Assembly: GCA_964450805.1 (NCBI GenBank)
Contig: CAYVDD010000001.1
Coordinates: forward strand, 200,595 to 252,364
Length of the DNA stretch: 51,770 nucleotides
Direction of reading: 5' to 3'
Source of the DNA: an uncultured Candidatus Saccharibacteria bacterium
Lineage (GTDB): Bacteria; Patescibacteriota; Minisyncoccia; Minisyncoccales; JANBVM01
Both the position numbers and the translations under genes were made by a program. This document shows, in pieces, positions 1-8,455 of this stretch. Each line of letters starts with the position of its first letter. Position 1 is the stretch's first letter. Below the pieces are notes generated by a model that saw nothing but the letters and a program-made list of their open reading frames with translations, did not search any database and was not told where the DNA came from.

Positions 1-859
1 GAATATTAGGGTTTTTCTTTTTTAATTTTTTTAATGTTTTGGATATTTTATCAAGAATCTCTTTCTTGGTCTGTGAAGGTAAAAATCTTATATCAATCTT
101 TATCTCACATTCATCAGGCACAATGTTTATTGCAACACCACCCTTGATGAGCGAAATATTAAAAGCAGAGCCGTAATCAAAAAATGGTTCTTTTTTACCT
201 TCAAGATTTAATTTCCTTAAAGCTGTAATAATCTCTACCATTTGATGAATAGCGTTATTGCCCTTTTTGCTTCTACTTCCTGTATGAGTTGATTCTCCTT
301 TAGTAATAATTTTCAATCTCAACCACCCCCTCATTCCAATAGAAATTTTGTATATACCTTGATAGCCTAAAATACAAACATCAGCTTTTGGTTTCTGTAT
401 TTTTATAATATCTCGTATACCACTATATTCTCCGCTCTGTTCGTTAGCATCAAAACCAAGAATAATATTGCCTTTAAAATTGGAGTCACTGTAAAGTTCT
501 TTAGCTAAATAACAAAAAATAGCAATTCCCACTTTAGAATCAGCCACTCCTCTCCCATACATCTTTGAGTTTTTAATAGTTGCTTTTAATGGAGGGTATT
601 TCCATTTCAAAACATTCCCTACTGGAACAGTATCAAGACAAGATTCTAACCAGATGGTTTTGTTTTTTAGATTCTTAGTGATTTTACAAAACACAGAAGC
701 ATGTTTCTTATTCTCTATGATTTTTGGAGAGAAGCCAAAAGAAGATAGTTTCTTAAAAACTAGATCAGCTATTTTCTTTTCAGAATCAATTCCGTTTTGA
801 GATGGTGTCTCTACTAATTGCTTAGTGAATTTGAGAATATTTAAATATATATTTTTCAT
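1..859 (-). CDS. M20 (ArgE/DapE-like) peptidase family protein, runs off the window edge; metal ligands substituted
   Basis: Not in ORF track. Manual translation from ATG at 859 (ATGA overlap with upstream stop): MKNIYLNILKFTKQLVETPSQNG...ESCLDTVP...MYGRGVADSK...DANEQSG...KGESTHTG...GNNAI...GGVAINIVPDECEIKIDIRF. Confidence 0.85.
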   Translation of the reverse strand, partial: MKNIYLNILKFTKQLVETPSQNGIDSEKKIADLVFKKLSSFGFSPKIIENKKHASVFCKITKNLKNKTIWLESCLDTVPVGNVLKWKYPPLKATIKNSKMYGRGVADSKVGIAIFCYLAKELYSDSNFKGNIILGFDANEQSGEYSGIRDIIKIQKPKADVCILGYQGIYKISIGMRGWLRLKIITKGESTHTGSRSKKGNNAIHQMVEIITALRKLNLEGKKEPFFDYGSAFNISLIKGGVAINIVPDECEIKIDIRFLPSQTKKEILDKISKTLKKLKKKNPNI

Positions 860-2028
860 TGAGAAATTTTAAATGTAGAAAGAATATTATTGTATAATTC
901 CCTATTATTCTCATTATCTACATCTAATAAAGTAATCTGAAACAATTTATTATCTTTTATAAAATAAATGTCTTCTTGAGACCAGGCCATTCCTGAAAAA
1001 GGAGTATATATTTTCAGAGCTGGTATTCCATCTATATCTGCATTTATCTCATCTGGAATATTTTCATAATGAGGAACGTTTTCTTTAATCAATTGAACAA
1101 GGTTGGTATCAGCAGGAGGACTATAATAATCAGAGTGAATAGAATGAAATACTACAAAGCTGGCTCCTGTTAAATCTGATTTTGTTCCTGTGAATGTTCC
1201 AAGAGATACGTTATTTTCATCTTCAGCATTAAAATAACATAAACATTCTTTAGATCTTTGTTCTGGAGGGCTTTGTTTGCAATAGCCAGGTAATGGCCCA
1301 TAAAGACAATCTACAGGGTATTTAACAGAGTACCCATGCTTTTCATTTGTATAAGTTTGCCAATCCTCTGTTGCATATTCAATTTCAGTTTTCTCCAGTT
1401 CACCACATTTTACATTTATATCCCAGTTATCAGTATCAGTTGGAATCCATTGTTCTTCTGCTTCTTTATATCCAGTAAGACCTCCTGAAACCATACAAAC
1501 AGTTTTATCTTTCTTATATCCTCTTGATTCTGAAATAGTGCCAGCTGCAAAATTGTAAACATCTGTTTTAAAATCATTGTTTATAAAAAAATCATGAATA
1601 CTGTCGTATTGTTCACTTGATATTACATTAGCTTCAAACTCTTTTCCAATTACTGTTTCTTCATTTATCTCTGGATCTAGTTTAACAATCCATTTAAATT
1701 CAGCTTCTTTTATTTCTGAAAAACCTATTCCAGTTTCTTGCTTAAGGTCTTCAAGAGCCTCTATGGCTTTATCTGAACTTATACATTCATTTCCATCAAA
1801 GCATTTACCAGGTCCGCAATCACAGACTTGAACTTCATGACTATTATCTAGCGAGCAACCAAAAGGACCAATTAAGCATGAATTAGGAAAATCTTCAATT
1901 GATTTGCAGGCCATTGATGTTGATACTGTTCCTCCAGAATCTATGCAGGTTTGAGCTTTATCAGGTGTTTGAAATCCTAAATAAAAAAATAATATGACGA
2001 TTATAAGAAATGCAATTTTTTTAAGCAT
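856..2028 (-). CDS. Exported/membrane-anchored protein with Cys-rich N-terminal module and PsbP-like C-terminal domain
   Basis: N-terminal hydrophobic helix; Cys cluster in aa 28-82; DWQTYTNEKHGYSVKYP...YNNILSTFK pattern. Confidence 0.6.
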   Translation of the reverse strand: MLKKIAFLIIVILFFYLGFQTPDKAQTCIDSGGTVSTSMACKSIEDFPNSCLIGPFGCSLDNSHEVQVCDCGPGKCFDGNECISSDKAIEALEDLKQETGIGFSEIKEAEFKWIVKLDPEINEETVIGKEFEANVISSEQYDSIHDFFINNDFKTDVYNFAAGTISESRGYKKDKTVCMVSGGLTGYKEAEEQWIPTDTDNWDINVKCGELEKTEIEYATEDWQTYTNEKHGYSVKYPVDCLYGPLPGYCKQSPPEQRSKECLCYFNAEDENNVSLGTFTGTKSDLTGASFVVFHSIHSDYYSPPADTNLVQLIKENVPHYENIPDEINADIDGIPALKIYTPFSGMAWSQEDIYFIKDNKLFQITLLDVDNENNRELYNNILSTFKISQ

Positions 2029-2124
2029 ATTTTATATATATTATTTAATTATACTTTTATCCTACCAAAAATATGAAGAAAAAAAAGAAGGTGTTTACTT
2101 TGTTGACACCTTAAAATAAACACC

Positions 2125-2376
2125 TTAATAATTTTGACATTTAAAGATGAATAACCAACTTCCATCTTTTAGTATTTCTTTTTCAAAACACTCCCATCTT
2201 TGTTCTCCAAAATTATTCAAAAAACTATTTAGTCTTTCTGTAAGAGACATAGGTTTTACATCCTTTTTTGGTATTGCAGATTTTTTAACTGTGTCTGTAA
2301 AACTGTCTAGGTTTATTTCTTTCATATCTTCGGGAAAAAATATTCCTGATGAATATTTCCATTTTGGTTTTGTCAC
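2125..2376 (-). CDS. Small hypothetical protein
   Basis: 83-aa ORF with GTG start, hairpins on both sides (~2089-2111 and ~2429-2462). Confidence 0.5.
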   Translation of the reverse strand: MTKPKWKYSSGIFFPEDMKEINLDSFTDTVKKSAIPKKDVKPMSLTERLNSFLNNFGEQRWECFEKEILKDGSWLFIFKCQNY

Positions 2377-2477
2377 ATTTAATCGCCCTAACCTTTATAG
2401 CATAGATGGTTTTACTAATCAATAATAAAAAAGCCAGTTTTAAAAAGCAAACTGGTTATTTTGTTTTGCGACTTCTT

Positions 2478-2759
2478 TTACAATTTCCAGAAGTCTTTCT
2501 TCAAATTTTTTATTCCAATTGTAATAAGGATAATCATTTCCTTATTTTCTTTACGTCTCTGTTCTGCTTCAGATTCAAATCTTTTCAATAAGGTTTCAGT
2601 TGCATCACTAGAAATTCCAAGATTATAAACCATATATGGGTCTTCTGTATTTATTGAAGTATGTTCTATTAAAAACTCTCTAATTCTTCCAACCCATCCA
2701 CCTTTTTCCTCTAAAGCTGCATGAGTTATGCTGTCTCCAAAAACTAAGATTTTTGGCAT
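2478..2759 (-). pseudogene. Truncated SGNH/GDSL hydrolase
   Basis: Block I FGDSIT and block II VYNLGISSD present; breaks at block III (ITIGIKN instead of GxND); no DxxH. Confidence 0.7.
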
Positions 2760-2866
2760 ATTGTTTAAATATATTTGTGTATTGTTTATTTATATTCTAT
2801 CAAAAAATTAATCAAATAAAAAAAGTCTTGTTCGTTTATCGAATCAAGACAAAATTAAAAGATCCA

Positions 2867-3271
2867 CTAATACCTCCGTAATTCTGTACTCCAATAAGCA
2901 CCACAATGCGGACATCTCTGACCGGCACGAGATGAATTAGAAACTATTTTTCCACATGCGGAACAATGCTTACTTAAAGTTAAACTACCTATAATACCTC
3001 CACATTTTATGATTACATAAAAGATAAGAAGAAAAACTATAACAATACCCACAACACCTATTGCAAAAACTACTATGTGAGTATTTGAAAATGCAAGCAT
3101 TAGGGAGATAGGGGTCAAACAAAGAAACACTAAAAATGCTAATACAATCTTACGATCCTCGCTTGATGCCCTTTTCCAAGTATTATATAAACCATAAGAT
3201 AAAAGTGGTATAATTACAGCAAATATAAGTACAACTACCAGGATTATAAGTCCTAAATCTAAATTATTAAT
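2867..3271 (-). CDS. Membrane protein with C-terminal zinc ribbon (N-terminus probably longer than the ORF track call at 3130)
   Basis: CSAC...CPHC at C-terminus; frame stays open upstream to a TGA at 3278-3280 and encodes further hydrophobic sequence. Confidence 0.6.
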   Translation of the reverse strand: MNNLDLGLIILVVVLIFAVIIPLLSYGLYNTWKRASSEDRKIVLAFLVFLCLTPISLMLAFSNTHIVVFAIGVVGIVIVFLLIFYVIIKCGGIIGSLTLSKHCSACGKIVSNSSRAGQRCPHCGAYWSTELRRY

Positions 3272-3479
3272 TTTACATCACCTTTAACTTGTTTTTTTAT
3301 TTAGTTTTAAAAATATCTATTTTCAGTAAAGACTTATTCTAGTCCTTTGTCAAGCGCTTGAGGTTTAAAGAACTTTTAGACCAATTCAATAAGCCCATTC
3401 CTGACACAAGAACGTTTGAATAAAAGAACGATTTGAAGACTTAAAATTATCTTTTACATCACCTAGAAAGATCGTTTTT

Positions 3480-3507
3480 TAGTCGTAAAATATACCTTGT
3501 GCGACAT
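3480..3507 (-). other. dif/Xer-like recombination site 1: ATGTCGCACAA-GGTATA-TTTTACGACTA
   Basis: 11-6-11 layout with inverted arms (GTCGCACAA / reverse complement GTCGTAAAA); resembles the E. coli dif XerC arm and spacer (GGTGCGCATAA-TGTATA). Confidence 0.6.
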
Positions 3508-3529
3508 TTTTTACGTTAACTACTCAAAT

Positions 3530-4258
3530 TTATGTAATCCATCTCTCAATTCTTGGATTTTGCATCATTTCTTCTTTAATACAATGATTATCCTCTTCCA
3601 GTATTTTAGCTTCCTTGATTAAATTATCTTTCCATTTAATATCAGGACTAATATTCTGATTAATACTAAAAAATAAATTTATCAAAGCTATTGCTAGATT
3701 TCCAAGGAACCAGAAATCCGTTTTTATGTGCAATTCATCTTCTATATCGAAAAAAGGTGTTTCGAAGCCTTTTTTGACTTCAGAAAATTTAAAATTTTTA
3801 AAGACATAAAGAAAATTAGAATGTGCTGCGCTCTTATTTATGATTACTTTTTGTCTTTTAAGGAAATCAGAATGTTTGGGATAATTTTGTTCTAACCATT
3901 TATATCTTTTTATTAAAAGTCCTTTGGGAATATCTAAAGTGCCGTCTTGATTAAGGACGCAAAAATCCTCTTGGCTAGGATTTGCAAGGGCATAGGCCGC
4001 ATTAACCCCAGCTTCAATAACTTGTCTCGCATTCATTTTTGTTTGTACCGAATGCAAACGAGCTGTTGAAAAAAGTGCAAGTGTGTGATGTTTTCTTATT
4101 TGAGAAACAAATGCTACAAAAATCCACATTTTTTCATCGATTCCTTCGATAAAAGTTTGCAATAATTGATTTGAGCTTAAAGCGTTCTTGAAGAATTTTC
4201 CGTATTTTTTTTCTGCTTCTAAAAGCATTTCTTTTTCTCTTTTAATAATGTTTTCCAT
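3530..4258 (-). CDS. Hypothetical cytoplasmic protein, likely alpha-helical
   Basis: 242-aa ORF with ATG start; no family confidently recognised. Confidence 0.7.
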   Translation of the reverse strand: MENIIKREKEMLLEAEKKYGKFFKNALSSNQLLQTFIEGIDEKMWIFVAFVSQIRKHHTLALFSTARLHSVQTKMNARQVIEAGVNAAYALANPSQEDFCVLNQDGTLDIPKGLLIKRYKWLEQNYPKHSDFLKRQKVIINKSAAHSNFLYVFKNFKFSEVKKGFETPFFDIEDELHIKTDFWFLGNLAIALINLFFSINQNISPDIKWKDNLIKEAKILEEDNHCIKEEMMQNPRIERWIT

Positions 4259-4283
4259 ATTTTTTTCGAGTTTGGGCTAAATT

Positions 4284-4616
4284 TTAATTATTTTTTTTCT
4301 TCTTAGACAAAAAACTAATATCTTTGTATGTTTTTCCTAATAAATATGCAACTATAGCTGAAAAAATTGGCAAGCCAGCATCGCTTGAAATTGTATCGTT
4401 TAAGATAAGTAAGGCAAGTAGCATAATGGCCGATATTCCGAATAATATTTGACCTGTAGCATGCAGTGAACTTAATAACATCTGCGCCATTGATATTGGT
4501 GATCCAGAACCACGAAAAATTGACTTTTCTCCGCAAGAGAGAGAAGTAGCATAGATAGTCACTATCACTATTGCTGTAACACCGCCTATGTTTAATATAA
4601 CAATATTGGGATCCAT
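4284..4616 (-). CDS. Small multi-TM membrane protein
   Basis: Three hydrophobic segments; ATG at 4616 preferred because the track's TTG (4643) lies inside a predicted -10 box. Confidence 0.65.
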   Translation of the reverse strand: MDPNIVILNIGGVTAIVIVTIYATSLSCGEKSIFRGSGSPISMAQMLLSSLHATGQILFGISAIMLLALLILNDTISSDAGLPIFSAIVAYLLGKTYKDISFLSKKKKNN

Positions 4617-4637
4617 GATTTTTATTTTTCTTTTATC

Positions 4638-4670
4638 TTTCAAAATAGCCCCATTTCCTCAAAAGGTCAA
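4638..4670 (-). promoter_or_regulatory. Sigma70-like promoter, copy 1 (TTGACC-17-TATTTT)
   Basis: 29/33 identical to 6659-6691. Confidence 0.6.
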
Positions 4671-4680
4671 CGAAATAAAA

Positions 4681-6021
4681 TTAACGGAAAAATCCTTTAA
4701 AAAAGTTTTTAATTGCATCAAATATACTTGCCAAAAAGGATCTTCTAGGAGCTTTTTCTTCTTTTTCTACTTGATTATCCTGTTTTTCTGTATTTTGATC
4801 ATTTTCCGGAATTTCTTTGATTTCAGTTAATTGTGATTCTTTCGAATTTTCAACCTCTCTCTTAAGGGATTCCTTTTCAGTTTGAGATTGATATTCAATT
4901 TTTGCTTCAGCTGCTGATTCTTTTATGGTGGGTATAGGATAATTAATAGTCGATTCAAGCTCTTCTTTTTTCTCTTTTATACATTCACTATTAACAAGTT
5001 CATAACCATTATCGCAAGTACAGTTTTTTGTTAAAGAATTATAGTTTATATTATTGCCGTAAGTATTTCTGCAATAGGTATCGCCGTTTATACATTTCGT
5101 CGTTAGAGGATCAAGTAAATAACCGGTTTTACAAATACATTTATCTTTTAAAATATTGTACTCAGAATAATAGCCGTATAAGTTTTGACAATAATCAGTT
5201 CGGCTTACACATTGACTATTGGAATCCAAAATATAGCCATAATCACATCCACAAATATCTGTCCAAGAATCATAAGATGAATGATAACCATGTAAATTTC
5301 GACAATAACTATCCTCGTTTACGCACTGATCGTTGGAATCGAAGACGTAACCATATCTACATTCACAAGTGTTTGTTGAAGAATCATATGACGAATTGTA
5401 TCCATATTGCTGATGGCATAAAGTATCTCCATCAACACATTGTCCGCCCGATAGAACATAGCCATAATTACATTCGCAGCTATCAGTTAAAGTATTATAT
5501 CTGGAATTATATCCAAATTTATCGTGGCAATATTGCGATGTTGATATACAAGCAGTTTTTCCTAGAAAATCTTTACCAAGAATATACCCACTTATACACT
5601 TACAACTATCTGTTAAATAGTCGCTTGTTGCCCACATACCATACTGGTCCCGACACCATTGAGTCATTGATATACATTTTCCGTTAGAAACTACATATCC
5701 GGAATAACATTTACAGGAGTCAGAAAGACTATCATAATAGGAATTAGAAGGACAGGTTGGAATGCTCGGGCTAGTATAGGAAGGATAATCGTAATAACCC
5801 CGACATTTTACCATTGAGGAATAACTAACACTGCTATTTCTCCATCCATCATTACAAATAACGCTACCGTCCCAATCAGGACCTGCAGCGCAATTTACTC
5901 CTCCATGGCTTGAGCATGCGCCACTTATTGCTTCAGTATTATTGATAGGAAATATTACAAAAAATAGCAAAACAGATATAGATATTAACGGCCACAATAA
6001 TTTCTTAATTTTTATTTCCAT
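4681..6021 (-). CDS. Secreted Cys/Tyr-rich repeat protein with EGF-like modules
   Basis: Signal/TM helix; SGACSSHGGV motif; seven C...CxCxxGY...C repeats; charged stalk; amphipathic C-terminus. Confidence 0.85.
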   Translation of the reverse strand: MEIKIKKLLWPLISISVLLFFVIFPINNTEAISGACSSHGGVNCAAGPDWDGSVICNDGWRNSSVSYSSMVKCRGYYDYPSYTSPSIPTCPSNSYYDSLSDSCKCYSGYVVSNGKCISMTQWCRDQYGMWATSDYLTDSCKCISGYILGKDFLGKTACISTSQYCHDKFGYNSRYNTLTDSCECNYGYVLSGGQCVDGDTLCHQQYGYNSSYDSSTNTCECRYGYVFDSNDQCVNEDSYCRNLHGYHSSYDSWTDICGCDYGYILDSNSQCVSRTDYCQNLYGYYSEYNILKDKCICKTGYLLDPLTTKCINGDTYCRNTYGNNINYNSLTKNCTCDNGYELVNSECIKEKKEELESTINYPIPTIKESAAEAKIEYQSQTEKESLKREVENSKESQLTEIKEIPENDQNTEKQDNQVEKEEKAPRRSFLASIFDAIKNFFKGFFR

Positions 6022-6030
6022 ATTATGCCT

Positions 6031-6654
6031 TTAATTTACGCCTGTTCTCTTACCATAAATTATATAAATGAATGCTTTAAAGTATATAACTCTTAGAATT
6101 AAGATAAATAGACCTAGAGATGCACAAAAAGTTAAAAATGACTCTAGGTAATAAACAATATTTCTTTCATAAGCAATAATTTTATCAGAAGTACAATCTA
6201 TATCCTTATAGATTAAACAATATCTAGCTTTAGTGCTTTCATTTAATTTTTCATTAATAAGACTAACAACTTGTTCTTTGCTAAATGTGATATAAAAATT
6301 ATTAGCAAGTATTAATTCAGCTACTTCTTCTATGTTTCCTTTCAAATCAGGACTACAAATGCTTTTTTCAAGATCATAATCTGAAACATATTTTATTTCT
6401 TTATTGTCCTGTAAACACCCTATTTTATAATTCAATATATTAAATGCGGGAATGGTATTTGCCACATCTTGAGAACTTGTTTTGGTGAATTCTTGTAAAT
6501 TATACTTTATATCAACGTTAAAAGTATTTTCTGGTATTGAAATGCCTCCAAATAAAAAATACACTGTAGAAAATAATATTATAAGAATAAAGAATATCAC
6601 AACAAATAATCTATGCCACCACTTTTTCTGTAATTCTTCTTGTAAGGAAATCAT
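6031..6654 (-). CDS. Membrane protein with two TM helices flanking an extracytoplasmic domain
   Basis: Hydrophobic helices near both termini; 4 Cys in the loop. Confidence 0.7.
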   Translation of the reverse strand: MISLQEELQKKWWHRLFVVIFFILIILFSTVYFLFGGISIPENTFNVDIKYNLQEFTKTSSQDVANTIPAFNILNYKIGCLQDNKEIKYVSDYDLEKSICSPDLKGNIEEVAELILANNFYITFSKEQVVSLINEKLNESTKARYCLIYKDIDCTSDKIIAYERNIVYYLESFLTFCASLGLFILILRVIYFKAFIYIIYGKRTGVN

Positions 6655-6658
6655 ATTA

Positions 6659-6691
6659 TTTCAAAATAGCTCTATTTTTTCAAAAGGTCAA
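6659..6691 (-). promoter_or_regulatory. Sigma70-like promoter, copy 2 (TTGACC-17-TATTTT)
   Basis: -10 box lies 8 nt upstream of the ATG at 6654. Confidence 0.6.
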
Positions 6692-6743
6692 TAAAAAGGA
6701 AATCATTTGCAAATTTTTCTGAAAAGACGTAAAAAGTAATATT

Positions 6744-7283
6744 ATGCCTCCTTCATCATCGGAAGAAAGAAAAATACATTTTTCAGAACTTGATCCACAA
6801 GTTCAACTGAGGTTCAAAGAATCATTTTTGAAGATTATAGAATCCGTTGCTACTAGTAGAATGGGAACCTTGCCTGCGCTCAGCGCTTTATGTGTTGCAA
6901 TGTTGGTAGTAGTAAGTCTAAGACAAGACTTAATACCTCTAAGTGATTTTTCAGTTAAGCTTTTGATATCAATTTTGCTTGTCTTTATACCAGTTAGTCT
7001 AAGAGCTTATTTTACGGATTTGAATCAGGCGATGCATTCGGCTTTCAAATCGCTCAAAGAGTTTGATGGAACAGATTTATATGTAGAAATGGAAAAGATC
7101 TTGAAAGAAAAATCATGTTCATCAAAGTTTGTAGCCTTATTACCAGACCTAACAACTCTCATCCTACTTTTTATAGTTTTATATATACTCTGGATAATGT
7201 GGAATGATTTACTTCCTTTACTTTTAACGGGTATTCTTTTTATTCTTTCATTATCTGAACCCGGAAATGATGAATCAACTTAA
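6744..7283 (+). CDS. Hypothetical membrane protein
   Basis: 179 aa, about four hydrophobic segments. Confidence 0.7.
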   Translation: MPPSSSEERKIHFSELDPQVQLRFKESFLKIIESVATSRMGTLPALSALCVAMLVVVSLRQDLIPLSDFSVKLLISILLVFIPVSLRAYFTDLNQAMHSAFKSLKEFDGTDLYVEMEKILKEKSCSSKFVALLPDLTTLILLFIVLYILWIMWNDLLPLLLTGILFILSLSEPGNDEST

Positions 7284-7311
7284 GCGTCGCACAACATAGA
7301 TTGCACGAATT
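7284..7311 (+). other. dif/Xer-like recombination site 2: GCGTCGCACAA-CATAGA-TTGCACGAATT
   Basis: Same GTCGCACAA arm as site 1, 6-bp spacer, partly inverted right arm; begins immediately after the stop codon at 7283. Confidence 0.55.
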
Positions 7312-7357
7312 TATTAAAAAATAAAATCGCCTATTGGCGAAAAAAAAGAGAAAAAAA

Positions 7358-7525
7358 TTACAAGATTCCTAATTCGGCGTACTTGTTGCAATTTGGACAT
7401 ACGCCATACGTGTAAAAAATTAGGCTAGAAAATTTTTTGCCAAAACATTCTTGGCAAATTTTCTTAAAATTTTTCTCTTCTCTAAAAAATTTCTTCTTCT
7501 CCTCAAAATTTTCAATATACGACAT
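7358..7525 (-). CDS. 55-aa zinc-ribbon microprotein
   Basis: Manual translation MSYIENFEEKKKFFREEKNFKKICQECFGKKFSSLIFYTYGVCPNCNKYAELGIL; consensus promoter directly upstream, hairpin downstream. Confidence 0.7.
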   Translation of the reverse strand: MSYIENFEEKKKFFREEKNFKKICQECFGKKFSSLIFYTYGVCPNCNKYAELGIL

Positions 7526-7531
7526 GTTTAC

Positions 7532-7559
7532 ATTATAGCATATTACTCCAATTTGTCAA
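7532..7559 (-). promoter_or_regulatory. Consensus sigma70 promoter TTGACA-16-TATAAT with extended -10
   Basis: -10 box ends 6 nt before the ATG at 7525. Confidence 0.75.
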
Positions 7560-7622
7560 TATTAAACTACACAAGGTTTCTGGTTGACAAATCGAAAACT
7601 GCCTAGGTTGAATGAATTTATT

Positions 7623-7649
7623 AAAAAACCGCCTTTGTGGCGATTTTTT
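7623..7649. terminator. Intrinsic terminator (CGCC/GGCG stem, A/T tracts)
   Basis: Downstream of the cohesin gene; related hairpins at 7323-7345 and 45405-45429. Confidence 0.7.
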
Positions 7650-7679
7650 ATTTAGAGTTTAACTAAGTATAAAACTTAT

Positions 7680-8450
7680 TTAGAGTTTCTTCCTACGCAA
7701 TCTTAGAACGAAGTAAACTAAAATTACCAAGAGTATTAATCCTGTGAAAAGACTAACCCAGACATTATTAGTTCCAAAAGATAAAATATTACCAATTGCC
7801 GCTAATAAAGTTGTCTTCTGTTTTTCTGGTTCTTCTTCTGTTGTTGTTTTACCTTCTTGTTCTTGAATCAACTCTTCTTGGCCTTGTGTAGGTGTAGAAA
7901 CAGGTTCTGTTATTACATCTTCTGGCTCTTCTGGTATTGTTTCATCTTCCGATTCTGGTTCTGATACTGGCGATGCTATTACAACAGATGTTTGAGGTAA
8001 TGTACTGCTTAAAACATCTTGATTAACTTGATCAAGAACAAAAGAATTATCCCCTATTTTGATAACTCCGCTTCCAGCCTGTTTAGCTAAAAATAAAATA
8101 GTGCCAAAGTTTATAGATTCAGAAACGCCGCCAGGATAACCAGCTGTTTTAATAAGAAGCCCGTTTTCATTATCAATTAAATCATATCCCTGCTGTGAAA
8201 GCGCCATCCAGTTATCTGCTAAAGTAAATGTTTTTATCTCTAAGAGATCGGCTGAGTACTCAAGTTCTACTTTAACTGTATAATTCTTAACACCTTGAGG
8301 ATTAATCGCTACCATTAGATTGAAATTTTGTCCTTGAGTAACATTAATACTTGTTGGTGAAAGTGAAAGGGTGCTAGCTGCCAATACAGGCCCTGCCAAA
8401 ACTACTAGCCCTAATACTCCTAATATAATCGTAAATATAGTTTTATTCAT
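7680..8450 (-). CDS. Cohesin-domain protein with acidic P/E/T linker and C-terminal TM anchor
   Basis: Signal peptide from MNKTIF (ATG 8450); LSLSPTSINVTQGQNFNLMVAIN...ELEYSADLLEI...FGTILFLAKQAGSGVIKI cohesin-like pattern; TM plus RRKK tail. Confidence 0.7.
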   Translation of the reverse strand: MNKTIFTIILGVLGLVVLAGPVLAASTLSLSPTSINVTQGQNFNLMVAINPQGVKNYTVKVELEYSADLLEIKTFTLADNWMALSQQGYDLIDNENGLLIKTAGYPGGVSESINFGTILFLAKQAGSGVIKIGDNSFVLDQVNQDVLSSTLPQTSVVIASPVSEPESEDETIPEEPEDVITEPVSTPTQGQEELIQEQEGKTTTEEEPEKQKTTLLAAIGNILSFGTNNVWVSLFTGLILLVILVYFVLRLRRKKL

Positions 8451-8455
8451 AATTT

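Noticed and set aside
3401..3424. Further degenerate dif-like matches (CACAA-GAACGT-TTGAAT here; ACACAAGGT at 7569-7577)
   Set aside because: They lack the GTCG core and are too degenerate to call without a scoring matrix
3530..4258. Possible HEPN/abortive-infection protein
   Set aside because: No clear RxxxxH motif; cannot be supported without a profile search
5028..5687. 219-aa plus-strand ORF
   Set aside because: Antisense shadow of the Cys/Tyr repeat gene
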